64,000 nucleotides of DNA. Source: an uncultured delta proteobacterium (lineage in GTDB: Bacteria > Desulfobacterota > Binatia > Binatales > Binataceae). The notes beneath the pieces were generated by a model, which was not told the origin of the DNA, ran no database searches, and saw nothing but the letters and a program-made list of their open reading frames with translations. The number at the start of each line of letters is the position of its first letter. The first letter of the stretch is position 1. The stretch spans positions 128,001 through 192,000 of the forward strand of contig CAVQEQ010000004.1 of assembly GCA_963711565.1 (NCBI GenBank), written 5' to 3'. A program made the position numbers and the translations under genes. Positions 54,999 through 64,000 of this stretch are shown piece after piece.

Positions 54999-56126
54999 CT
55001 AAAGATTTCTCGGTTTCCAGACCACCGGAACTTCCCCGGAAAAACATCGCCACAGCCCGACCGCTTGCGCGCAGTTCAGCGCAATAAACTGGTAGGCGAA
55101 GGTCGCCTTGCCCTCGGTCCCGCGCCGCGTTGCGATCAGCCCGATCGCCGCGGCCAGCGCGAACAATATCTCCAGACCCAGTGCGATTCGGAAGGTTTCC
55201 CCGCTCCCAGCCAGCGGTACCGTCGCGATTACCGCGATCGCAAGCAACGGAGCGGTCAACCAACGCAGAAGCTTATGCGAGCTGAGGACCAGAATCGAGA
55301 CCCACCTGCGCTTTGCGATCAGTTCCGGCAGCAGGCGGAAATACACTTGCGCCGCCTGCGAGACCATCCGAATCTGCCGCGCGAACTCGCCCGCCGCCGA
55401 AAATTCCTCGAAGCACACCGCCTCCCGCGACATCACCGAGCGCGCGTTCTGGATCGATACGAGAATCGGATGCATAAAGTCGTTGATCAGCGCCGGATCC
55501 ATTTCCCTGAACAGACTCCGGCGCATGGCGTAGATCGCGCCGTCGGCCGTCGCGACCGCTCCCAGCCGCGACTCCAGCCCCTTGAGCATCTGCTCGTAGC
55601 GCTGGTACGCCGAGCCGATAGTCCCATCCGAGTAGCGCGATACTCCCGTGACCAGGCCGATCGATTTGTCGCGCAGCGGACGCACCAGCTCGGTCAGCGC
55701 GTCAGCCGCGAACATCGTGTTAGCGTCGGTGAACACCAGCACCTCGCCGCGCGCGGCCGCAGCGCCCGTATTCACCGCGACTCCCTTGCCACGCCGTTCG
55801 GGCTGGCGAATCACGCGCACCCGCTCGGACGCCATCGATTCTGCTATTTCCGCAGTGCGATCGCTGGATCCGTCAGAGACGACGATCAACTCAGCGTTGC
55901 CTGAATACTGGCACGAGAGGAAATTTTCGATTTTCTGCGCGATGCAGAGCTCTTCGTTGTAGGCGGCGACGATTATCGACAGCGACGGCGCCGCGGTAGC
56001 TGCGCTCGAATCGCCATCCGAATCGTCACGGCGGGGCAGCGATGCCGACAGTGCCAAAAGCAACGCCGGATACAGCACGTACGCATACAGCAGCAGAAAT
56101 GCCGAGATGTAAAACAGGCTCGTCAA
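54999..56126 (-). CDS. GT2 membrane glycosyltransferase
   Basis: YAYVLYP, AAYNEE, VSDGSSDRT, GK..A.N, VFTDAN, DGAIYAMRR, SHKLLRW. Confidence 0.9.
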   Translation of the reverse strand: MTSLFYISAFLLLYAYVLYPALLLALSASLPRRDDSDGDSSAATAAPSLSIIVAAYNEELCIAQKIENFLSCQYSGNAELIVVSDGSSDRTAEIAESMASERVRVIRQPERRGKGVAVNTGAAAARGEVLVFTDANTMFAADALTELVRPLRDKSIGLVTGVSRYSDGTIGSAYQRYEQMLKGLESRLGAVATADGAIYAMRRSLFREMDPALINDFMHPILVSIQNARSVMSREAVCFEEFSAAGEFARQIRMVSQAAQVYFRLLPELIAKRRWVSILVLSSHKLLRWLTAPLLAIAVIATVPLAGSGETFRIALGLEILFALAAAIGLIATRRGTEGKATFAYQFIALNCAQAVGLWRCFSGEVPVVWKPRNL

Positions 56127-56154
56127 TGTTTGCGTCCCCCGACGCGAGCGTACC

Positions 56155-57351
56155 CTAAGCAGCTTCTCCTTCCCGGCGCGCGCCGGTCAGCTCTGAATAA
56201 AGCGCGGCAGTCTGTTCGATCTGCCGTTGCACAGCAAAGTTCTCGTGCGCGAATTTGCGTCCGTCCGCCGCCAGCCGCGAGGCCAATTCCGGATTGTCAA
56301 GCAAGCGCTCGATCGCCGCCGCCAGCGCCACCGGATTCGCGGGCGGCACGAGCAGCCCGGTTCGTTCGTGGATCACCACCTCCGGCGTGCCGTCCACTTC
56401 GGTCGCGACCATCGGGCGTCCCGCCGCGAGCGCTTCGATCGCGACCAGCGGCAGACCTTCATATAACGACGGGAGCACGACCATGTCGGCCGCTTCGAGC
56501 AGCTCCGGCACGTCGCGCCGGTAGCCGAGAAATCGCACGCGGTCCGTGAGTCCTAGTGTCGCGCATTGTGCACGCAACCTATGCTCGAGTGCACCTTCGC
56601 CGGCCAGCAGCGCGACAAGGTTTGGCTGATGCCGAGCTGCGATCGCGAGCGCATCGATAAGATGTCGATGCCCCTTTTGATCGTCCAGCCGCGCCAGCGT
56701 AAGGATCGCCGGTTCGTCGCGCAGTCCCAGCGCCGCGCGCGTCGCGATACGCCTCTGCGTATCCGTCGGACCGAAGCGATCGAGGTCGCGGCCATTGTGA
56801 ATGACGCTGATTTTGCTCTTCGGTACTTTCTTGGTTGCGGTCAAATGATGAGCCGCTGCGTGCGACACCGCGATATATTTATCGACCATCCGCCCGATTT
56901 GCCGATCCACCCAGAAGCTCGAGCGCAATCCCTTACCCATCCGCCACACTTCGGGGCCGTGACAGGTCTCGAGCACCGCGCCGACACCCGCCATGCGCGC
57001 TACTCCGGCTCCAAACAAGCTGGCGGTGAACAGATGGCAATGCAGAATCGCGATATTTTCGCGCCGGAGGAATCGCAGCAGGCGCGCTCCCGTCAACACG
57101 TCGAGCCGCGACGAAAACTCAAGCGGCAGGCATTTGACGCCCGCCGCGGAAAGTCCCGGTTCCATTGCCGCGATCAGCGTCGTCGGCGCCGCGAGGCATG
57201 GCTCGAATCCGTATTCGCGTATCGCGGTCAAAATTGACAGTGCATGCTCTTCGGCGCCGGCGAATACTCGACCTGTTAATAGATGGAGCACCGGGCGGCG
57301 CTGCGCGGACAGTTTTCTGTCATTGAGGCTTTCGTTCGCCATCTTCGTCAT
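56155..57351 (-). CDS. GT4 glycosyltransferase
   Basis: GAEEH, VIHNG, ARLDDQKG, VLPSLYEGLPLVAIEALAAGRPMVAT. Confidence 0.93.
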   Translation of the reverse strand: MTKMANESLNDRKLSAQRRPVLHLLTGRVFAGAEEHALSILTAIREYGFEPCLAAPTTLIAAMEPGLSAAGVKCLPLEFSSRLDVLTGARLLRFLRRENIAILHCHLFTASLFGAGVARMAGVGAVLETCHGPEVWRMGKGLRSSFWVDRQIGRMVDKYIAVSHAAAHHLTATKKVPKSKISVIHNGRDLDRFGPTDTQRRIATRAALGLRDEPAILTLARLDDQKGHRHLIDALAIAARHQPNLVALLAGEGALEHRLRAQCATLGLTDRVRFLGYRRDVPELLEAADMVVLPSLYEGLPLVAIEALAAGRPMVATEVDGTPEVVIHERTGLLVPPANPVALAAAIERLLDNPELASRLAADGRKFAHENFAVQRQIEQTAALYSELTGARREGEAA

Positions 57352-57589
57352 ACAGCAGTCAAGTCGCGCTACTCAGAGCAAATATAGTGCGGAGAGATAC
57401 CTCATTGCGCAAATTTAGTCCAGCCAATACGACAATGAAAACTGTTGGTTAAGGAAATTAGATGATGGTGACCAAGTAGTTGGACATCTTCGGGGCATCG
57501 ATGCACCCTCGGATCGTCAGGATCTTCCTGAAATGCGAACGGCGAGTCATTTCTGACCCGCCGCGTTTTCCCAAACGGTAACCGATCTC

Positions 57590-57997
57590 TCACTGGCTCG
57601 TTGCTTCGTCCGCCGCTTGAGCCGCGTCATCGGCAGCCTGTTTGTCGGCTCTCGCCTGCGCGATTGCCGCATTGGCGGCGTCGATCTGATCCTGAGACGC
57701 TCCGTCGCTTTCGAGCTGATCGCGCGCCTGCGTCGCCGAGTCGAGCGCATCCTGCGCCGCATCCGCCGCATCGTGCGCCTGCTGGGCCGCGTCGGGCTGA
57801 GCCTTCTGGTCCGGGTTATCAGCGCCGTTCTGATCAGATTGATCGGCGGCCGATGGAGCGTTGCCATCGCCCGACGCATCATCCTGAGCACGCGCTCGCG
57901 ACGTATTCCCAACTGCCAGCACGATCGAGAACGTCAGCGCCGCGATCGCCGCGAGCCCAAAGCGGAAGCTGCGCGTGGTGCTTGTCTCCAATCTCAT
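57590..57997 (-). CDS. Secreted acidic Asp/Ala/Gln-rich coiled-coil protein
   Basis: Signal peptide ending ARA|Q, then DAAQ-type helical low-complexity sequence. Confidence 0.7.
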   Translation of the reverse strand: MRLETSTTRSFRFGLAAIAALTFSIVLAVGNTSRARAQDDASGDGNAPSAADQSDQNGADNPDQKAQPDAAQQAHDAADAAQDALDSATQARDQLESDGASQDQIDAANAAIAQARADKQAADDAAQAADEATSQ

Positions 57998-58122
57998 GAC
58001 TGCTCACTCGGTTTCGATTCTTCCGACCAACATAATTCTGCCAATCCGGCTAATCAATCGCCATCACCGCGTCATCGGCGGAGTACCGAATCCACTCGCA
58101 CGACCTGATGCTCGGACGGCTC

Positions 58123-59931
58123 CTATTTTACTACGATATTGTACGCCACGGTCCCGTCCGGGTATCGAATCGTGAAATCCGCAGCCTTCGGCAGGTTGTC
58201 CTGCCCCGCATACACAAATATCCCGTGAGTGATCCACGGATAGACCGAATGCGGTTTGGCAAAGACATAGCGGCCGAAAGCGAAGACCTGGCCAAACAGA
58301 CCGCTGGCCCGCCGTACTGGCCCAAGTTGGAAATCGGCGGGAGGATAGTGTTCGAAAAACAGCACGTAGATGTAAGGCTGGTTTATTCTCGCGGTGATCA
58401 CGATTGGCTCATGGCCGTCATCCAGCTTGTCGACTGCGCCCAAAGCCTGTTCGATCCCATATTGCAGGTAAGGCGCCGCCACGGTCGGGAAATCACTAAA
58501 GTAGTATCGGGCAAATTGCGCGCCGTGGAATATCGTGCTCACAAAAATCAGCCCCGCCGCCGATGCGCTCACAACCGGCCATCGCGAAGTCCATTCCAGC
58601 AGCAGCACAAACCCCAGGGCTGAGAAAAGAATCCACGGCACCATCGCCAGCGCGTCGTGCCGCGAATCAGGATGCGCGAGCAGGAGCGAGGGCGTCGGCG
58701 GCGTCGGCAGGACCGCATAATTGAACATCACGTGCGGCGTAGGCAGCGCGCTCGCTTCCGGATACGACACCCCCAGCGGTATCGTAAGGGCGGCCGGCAA
58801 CGCCGCGACGATCAACCATCCGGCAAGCAGCAGCGCGATCCGTCTTCGCGGAGCGCTTAACATCGCGCCCAGCGCCAGCAGGATCAGCGGCGCCTGCTCC
58901 GGCAGCAACTGGCCGAACCCCGGCGGATGAATCATCGTCCAATGATCGCCGCGGTCGCCGACGATGAACAGAAATGAAGGGGTGAAGTAACTTAGCCAGC
59001 TCGCCCCGAAACCGATCAGCTGATTGGAGAACGCGTGCCCGGCAGGCGCAGTCTCTCCCGGCTGGCAGCCCTGACATGTCGCGATGATGCGGAACAGCGA
59101 GAGATGCTGAAACTCCGCTTGCATCTCGATCGGATGCAGCATGAGCAGGACGACCTGCGGCAGCGCCAGGCACATCAAGATGGCCGCCGCACCTGCCAGC
59201 ACCTTGAGCCGCACCGTTTTGAGCTCACTCCTGTACAGCACTATCAGCAACGCGAGCAGCAGCGGGAGAAACGCCTTGGTGGTCGCGTAGGAATAAAGCG
59301 AGAGGCCGAAGAACGCGGCGCTCATCATCAGCCACAAATCCCGGCGCCGCCGCAGCCATAGAAAGAAACAAAGCATCCCCAGCGTGATGGTGGCGCTGGC
59401 CACGGTAAACTCCTGGCCGTGGCGGCTGAAGGTCAGATGCCACGGTGAGAGCGCGCCGAACAGCGCCGCCGCCGCGGCGCCCGGCCATCCCATCATCAGC
59501 CCGGCCAGGGCCGTGAGCGCGACCAGGTCCACGCTGCCCCAGAGCGCGGCCCCCAGCCGCACCACCGCCGGCTTGAGTCCGAATGCTGCCACCAGCGGCA
59601 CCAGCGAGTACTGGAATAGCGGCATGCGGTAGTCATCGAAACCCTGCATCGCGAGCGGGAGAAAATTGCCGTGATGGTCGCGGCCGGTGAGAAGAACGCT
59701 GTACGCATCGTAGCCCTCACAGGCTTCGTCCTGGGAAAGTGCGGGCGGGACGTTGGCGAGCCCCACGACTCGCAGGCCGATTCCCACAGCCAACGCGATG
59801 ATGACAATGGCCGCGCTGAGCCGCTTCACCAGCTCCTTGCCGCCGGAGCCGCCTGCGTCTGATCCGCGCGATTGCGCGCCTGCTGACCGTAGTTCCGCCA
59901 TTTTGGTTGATCGATCGCCGTGAACGCTCAC
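58123..59931 (-). CDS. GT-C membrane glycosyltransferase (ArnT/GT39-like)
   Basis: PPALSQDEA..GYDAYS.LLTGRD..G..LPL, SPWH..FSR, GLSLYSY; multi-TM. Confidence 0.85.
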   Translation of the reverse strand: MSVHGDRSTKMAELRSAGAQSRGSDAGGSGGKELVKRLSAAIVIIALAVGIGLRVVGLANVPPALSQDEACEGYDAYSVLLTGRDHHGNFLPLAMQGFDDYRMPLFQYSLVPLVAAFGLKPAVVRLGAALWGSVDLVALTALAGLMMGWPGAAAAALFGALSPWHLTFSRHGQEFTVASATITLGMLCFFLWLRRRRDLWLMMSAAFFGLSLYSYATTKAFLPLLLALLIVLYRSELKTVRLKVLAGAAAILMCLALPQVVLLMLHPIEMQAEFQHLSLFRIIATCQGCQPGETAPAGHAFSNQLIGFGASWLSYFTPSFLFIVGDRGDHWTMIHPPGFGQLLPEQAPLILLALGAMLSAPRRRIALLLAGWLIVAALPAALTIPLGVSYPEASALPTPHVMFNYAVLPTPPTPSLLLAHPDSRHDALAMVPWILFSALGFVLLLEWTSRWPVVSASAAGLIFVSTIFHGAQFARYYFSDFPTVAAPYLQYGIEQALGAVDKLDDGHEPIVITARINQPYIYVLFFEHYPPADFQLGPVRRASGLFGQVFAFGRYVFAKPHSVYPWITHGIFVYAGQDNLPKAADFTIRYPDGTVAYNIVVK

Positions 59932-61598
59932 GGTGTGTCGGCGGGTTGCGATGCGCCTGCCGCTGGCGCGGCGCGCTCCCGCTCGACCTTTGCCTGCGAA
60001 AGTTGGTTGAACTTCTGGAACTCCTGCTCGAACTCGACCTCTCGCCCCATCATCTTGTACTGCTGCGCCAGTTTGAGATGCAGATGCACGTCGTCGGGAT
60101 CGAGTGCCGTCCCCGCCTCGAGTTCTGCCGCGGCCTGCTCGGGATTGCCGGCCTTGTTCAACGCGGCGGCCAGCCTGACGCGATAATCGGATTCACGAGG
60201 CGCGATCTCCACGCAGCGCTGGAAGAAGGCCACGTCGTCGTACCAGTAGCGCTCGGTCCGCATCGTCGATATCGCGTACATCGCCAACAGCGCCGCCATC
60301 GCGACGCCCACGGCCTTGCGCGCGGTCGAGCCGGCTGCGGCAATTTGCAACACCGCGACCGCCACCGCCAGGCTCCATCCGAACGACGGCGCATAGAGAT
60401 AGCGGTCGTTGACCGGCCACCAAAGAGCGTCGAGGTTTAGCGCCGGCGCTATCGTGAAGAGGCTCCAGGCCGCGCAAAACAAAAAGATGCGCCGCCGCGG
60501 ACTGCGCCACGCCGCCACAATCGCCGCCGCCGCGAGCACCATCAGCGCCGCCGCGCTTATGAATACGATTGGCGCCGGATGCGTGATCCATCTGACCTCA
60601 TGAGTGGGACCGGCCACCTGCGGCAGCGTGAGTATCGCAAGATAAGCGATCAGCACCACCGGCATCGTCATGAGGATCTCCGCCGGAGTGTGATGAGCCT
60701 TCAATACTACGAAGCCGCGCAAGACCAGGGTTCCCGTGCCGCTGGGAGGAACACCAAACATGTAATTCGCTCCCAGCGCATTCAGGCGCGCGCAAATGTA
60801 TGCGATCGCCACGGCCACGAATGGCGCGCAGACCAGCAGCGCCTCGACCATCCGGCGTCCCGTTCCCGCGCCTTCGACGTTCTCATCGCCATCGAAGATG
60901 AAGGCGTATGCGAACACGATCAGCGGAAACAGGATTGCGCTCTCATGCGTCAGCGTTGCGCACGCATACAGGATGAGCGCGATGAACAATCCGCGCGACC
61001 AGCCTGGCTTGCGCCCGATCAGAAAAGTCATCGCGCCCAACTCGAACACGGTCGAGAGCGGTTCCGGGATCGCGCTGGCCCACACCACTCCGCCCGTGTG
61101 CGCCGGCATGACGCCGAAAATCGCCGCCGCTATCAACCCGGCCACGACCTCGCCGGTCAGCAGTTGCGCGACTCTAAAGCACAAGATCACGGCGACCGCG
61201 TGCAACGCGATCTTGGTCAGATGCCACGCCGCGGGATGTGTTCCGAACAGCAGCGCGTTGGCCGCGAACCACGTGTTCTCCAGCGGCCGGTAATACGCGC
61301 TCGCCGGCAACTGCCGCGGCTCGAGAAACCACCAGCTGTCATAGCGGAACGAGTTCCACACAAACGACCAGTTGTGAATCAGTTTGTTATCTACAAACTC
61401 CTGCCAGTCGTCGAACACCCAGCCGTTGCGCATGCTCGGCAGGTAGATTGCGATCGTGACAATCACGATCGCCGCGAGTATCGCGGCCTGCTGCGGGGTG
61501 AGGGCCCAGAACAATGCGCCCGCCGGCGCTCCCTCCTTTCGCGCGGGCGCTGGTTTCGATTTCGTCACGGCGACGGCACCGCTTGCGATTTCCCCCAC
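59928..61598 (-). CDS. TMTC-like GT-C glycosyltransferase with C-terminal TPR
   Basis: YLPS..NGWVFDD, YYRPL, WHL.KIALH, P.H...VVW.SA, DRYLY.PS, YW.DD then TPR helices. Confidence 0.8.
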   Translation of the reverse strand: MGEIASGAVAVTKSKPAPARKEGAPAGALFWALTPQQAAILAAIVIVTIAIYLPSMRNGWVFDDWQEFVDNKLIHNWSFVWNSFRYDSWWFLEPRQLPASAYYRPLENTWFAANALLFGTHPAAWHLTKIALHAVAVILCFRVAQLLTGEVVAGLIAAAIFGVMPAHTGGVVWASAIPEPLSTVFELGAMTFLIGRKPGWSRGLFIALILYACATLTHESAILFPLIVFAYAFIFDGDENVEGAGTGRRMVEALLVCAPFVAVAIAYICARLNALGANYMFGVPPSGTGTLVLRGFVVLKAHHTPAEILMTMPVVLIAYLAILTLPQVAGPTHEVRWITHPAPIVFISAAALMVLAAAAIVAAWRSPRRRIFLFCAAWSLFTIAPALNLDALWWPVNDRYLYAPSFGWSLAVAVAVLQIAAAGSTARKAVGVAMAALLAMYAISTMRTERYWYDDVAFFQRCVEIAPRESDYRVRLAAALNKAGNPEQAAAELEAGTALDPDDVHLHLKLAQQYKMMGREVEFEQEFQKFNQLSQAKVERERAAPAAGASQPADTP

Positions 61599-63094
61599 AG
61601 CGCACGCGTCCTCATCATCTCGGCCCGGAAATCGGCCGGACGCTGCATCAGCGCGTACTCATTTGCCAGTTTCATATGAAGATAAGGATTATCCGGCTCC
61701 AGCTGCACCGCCCGCTCGAGCACATTCGCCGCCGCTGCAAAATCGGGCTTCTCATTCAGGAGTTGTACCAGCAGCCGCAGATAGTCCACGTTGTACGGAT
61801 CGATCTCCACGCAGCGCGCATAGAATGTCAGATTGTCGTTCCAGTAGTGCTCGATCCGAACGGCCGACACGGCGTACGCTGCCAGCACCATCGCCGTCGC
61901 ACCCGCCACCGCGGCCCGCGCGCGCGGATTCACGGCGGCCAGCTCCACCGCCGCGATTGCGACCGCCATGCTCCATCCAAACGACGGCGCATAGAGCAGG
62001 CGGTCCTGCACCAGCGCGTTCAGCGCATTGAGTTTCATAGCCGGCGCGATCGTCAACAGACTCCACGCCGCGCAAAACATATAGAGGTTGCGATGCGGAC
62101 TCCTCCACGCGATTGCCGATGCGATTATCGCCAACGCCGCGATCGCGCCCACCGAGATCAACGTGATCGGCGTCACCCCGGCGCTCCAGTTCACGTTGTG
62201 CGCGGGACCCGCGAGTCCTGGCATCGCTAGCACTCCCAGATACTCAAGCAGCACGACCGGCGCCGTCAATATCAACTCGAACGCTCCGTGCGATGCGGCG
62301 GGCTTCGCCCATCCCAGCGCCGCGAGCGCCTGGTTGTACGGCGCGCCGAAGTAATCCTCCGGCCCCAGCGCGTAGAGGCGTGCGGCCATGTATCCAATCG
62401 CGATCGCGATGAACGGCGCCGCGAGCCGGATCGATTCGCACGCGCGTTTTCGCTCGATCAGGTAAGCGTATGCGCCGGCGATCAGCGGAAAGAGGATCGC
62501 GCTCTCATGCGTCAGGATTGCGCACGCGTATAGAAGCAGTGCGATGAACAAGCCGCGCGACCAGCCCGGCTTGCGCCCGATCAGAAAGATTAGCGCCCCC
62601 AGCTCGAACGCGGTCGACAGCGGTTCGGGTATCGCGCTGGCCCACACCACCGCCTCGACGTGGGCCGGCATCACCCCGAAAATCGCCGCCGTCAGCAACG
62701 CGGTCGCGACGTCGCCGGTCAGCAATTGCGCCGCCCGAAAGCACAGCAGCACCACCACCGCGTGCAGCGCGATCTTCGCCAGATGCCACGCCGCCGGATG
62801 CGTTCCGAACAGCAGCGCGTTGACCGCGAACCAGGCGTTCTCGAGCGGCCGGTAGTAGGCGCTCTGCGGCAGCTTGGTCGGATCGCGAAACCACCAGATG
62901 TCATGGATGAACGAGTTGCCGACGAACGACCAGCTGTGAATGAACTGGTTGTTTACGATCTCCTGCCAATCGTCGAAGACCCAGCCGTTGCGCAGGCTCG
63001 GCAGGTAGATCGCGATCGTCGCAATCACGATCGCGCCGAGCAGCCCGGCTTGCCGCGCTGTCAGCGGCGCCGGCGCCGAGCTCGACTTCATCAC
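61565..63094 (-). CDS. TMTC-like GT-C glycosyltransferase with C-terminal TPR (tandem paralog)
   Basis: Same motifs: NGWVFDD, YYRPL, PAHVEAVVWASA, QDRLLYAPS, TPR. Confidence 0.8.
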   Translation of the reverse strand: MMKSSSAPAPLTARQAGLLGAIVIATIAIYLPSLRNGWVFDDWQEIVNNQFIHSWSFVGNSFIHDIWWFRDPTKLPQSAYYRPLENAWFAVNALLFGTHPAAWHLAKIALHAVVVLLCFRAAQLLTGDVATALLTAAIFGVMPAHVEAVVWASAIPEPLSTAFELGALIFLIGRKPGWSRGLFIALLLYACAILTHESAILFPLIAGAYAYLIERKRACESIRLAAPFIAIAIGYMAARLYALGPEDYFGAPYNQALAALGWAKPAASHGAFELILTAPVVLLEYLGVLAMPGLAGPAHNVNWSAGVTPITLISVGAIAALAIIASAIAWRSPHRNLYMFCAAWSLLTIAPAMKLNALNALVQDRLLYAPSFGWSMAVAIAAVELAAVNPRARAAVAGATAMVLAAYAVSAVRIEHYWNDNLTFYARCVEIDPYNVDYLRLLVQLLNEKPDFAAAANVLERAVQLEPDNPYLHMKLANEYALMQRPADFRAEMMRTRALWGKSQAVPSP

Positions 63095-64000
63095 GGCGCC
63101 GCGCGCTCCTTTTCCGAAAGCGCGTGCATCCGCGCGACCTCGGCCTGGGCGTCCGCTCCCCGCTGCATCAGTACGTATTGATCCAGCAGCCGCTGGTGAA
63201 GATACAAACTGTCCGGATCCAGACTCACCGCATGCTGGAGCGCATTCATCGCCCCCGTCAGATCGCTCTGCTCATTCAGAATTTCCACCTGCTTGCGCAG
63301 AAGCTCGCGATCGTGCGGAGCGCGCGCCACGCAGGCCGCATAGAAGGTCACGTCGTCGTGCCAGTAATGTTCGATTCGCGCCGCGGACACGGCGTACGCC
63401 GTCAGCAGAATCGCCATCGCACCCACCACCGCGATACGGGTGCGCGGGCCGGTAGCCGCCAGATGCACCGCCGCCATCGCCAGCGCGAGGCTGAATCCGA
63501 ACGACGGCGCATAGAGGACGCGGTCGACGATCAGCGCGGCTAGCGCGTTGAGTTTCATCGAAGGCGCGAAGGTTATCAGGCTCCACGCCGCGCAAAACAG
63601 GTACAGGTTGCGATACGAACTCCGCCACGCCGCGCCCAGCGCGATTGCCGCCAGCACTGCCAGGATGCCCGCCGCTATGAACGTGATTGGAGCGACGCTG
63701 GAGATCCAATCCAGGTTGTGCGCGGGACCCGCCATCCCGGGAATCGTCAGCACGCCAATGTATCCAAGGAACGCGACCGGCGCCGTCAAAATCAGGCCGA
63801 GAAGTGAAGGCGGAGGAACCGGTCGCGCCCATCCGAGCAAGACATAGGCCGGCTGATGGAACGGGATGGCGAAGTAGGCGTCAGTGCCCAGCGCGTACAG
63901 GCGCGCGATCAGGTACGCAATCGCGAGCACCAAAAACGGCGCCGCCAGCCGCATCGATTCGCCGACGTGCTTCCCTTCGATCAGAAAACCGTAGGCCGCG
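63091..64000 (-). CDS. TMTC-like GT-C glycosyltransferase with TPR (third paralog, 5' end beyond window)
   Basis: Frame open to the window end (AAYGFLIEGKHVGESMRLAAPF); DRVLYAPS, YWHDD, TPR. Confidence 0.78.
   Translation of the reverse strand, partial: AAYGFLIEGKHVGESMRLAAPFLVLAIAYLIARLYALGTDAYFAIPFHQPAYVLLGWARPVPPPSLLGLILTAPVAFLGYIGVLTIPGMAGPAHNLDWISSVAPITFIAAGILAVLAAIALGAAWRSSYRNLYLFCAAWSLITFAPSMKLNALAALIVDRVLYAPSFGFSLALAMAAVHLAATGPRTRIAVVGAMAILLTAYAVSAARIEHYWHDDVTFYAACVARAPHDRELLRKQVEILNEQSDLTGAMNALQHAVSLDPDSLYLHQRLLDQYVLMQRGADAQAEVARMHALSEKERAAP

Overview
A GC-rich bacterial window, probably Candidatus Binatia or a related soil deltaproteobacterial lineage (inferred from the gene repertoire, not verified). 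It has five parts. (1) 1-9.1 kb is ordinary: a frameshifted 2OG-Fe(II) oxygenase, a MetX-like hydrolase, GST-TetR with a palindromic operator, a GNAT, a heterodimeric ABC exporter and a stand-alone 5'-3' exonuclease. (2) 9.3-10 kb holds two Flp pilins (one missed by the ORF track) plus a probable third remnant. (3) 10.1-20 kb is a tandem duplication of two ~1600-aa secreted mosaic proteins: Kelch propeller, Ig, variable domain, Gly-rich domain, Thr-rich stalks, Cys-rich repeats and ASH/choice-of-anchor-D domains. Their C-terminal thirds are nearly identical while their middles are strongly diverged. (4) 20.4-57.4 kb is a two-armed Wzx/Wzy-type exopolysaccharide locus: priming GT, wzx, ligase/polymerase, wza, wzc, OM barrel, many GTs, two sulfotransferases, five methyltransferases, Fem/GNAT enzymes, an embedded atypical Crp regulator and three related secreted GH-like barrels. 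(5) 58-64 kb is a run of GT-C glycosyltransferases, including at least three tandem TMTC-like (DD motif + TPR) paralogs. Non-coding signals include a shared leader motif in front of two EPS operon starts, a CTAG-flanked MITE-like element and a 3x15-bp AT-rich repeat. No rRNA, tRNA or CRISPR array was seen. All function calls come from motif recognition by eye, with no database searches.
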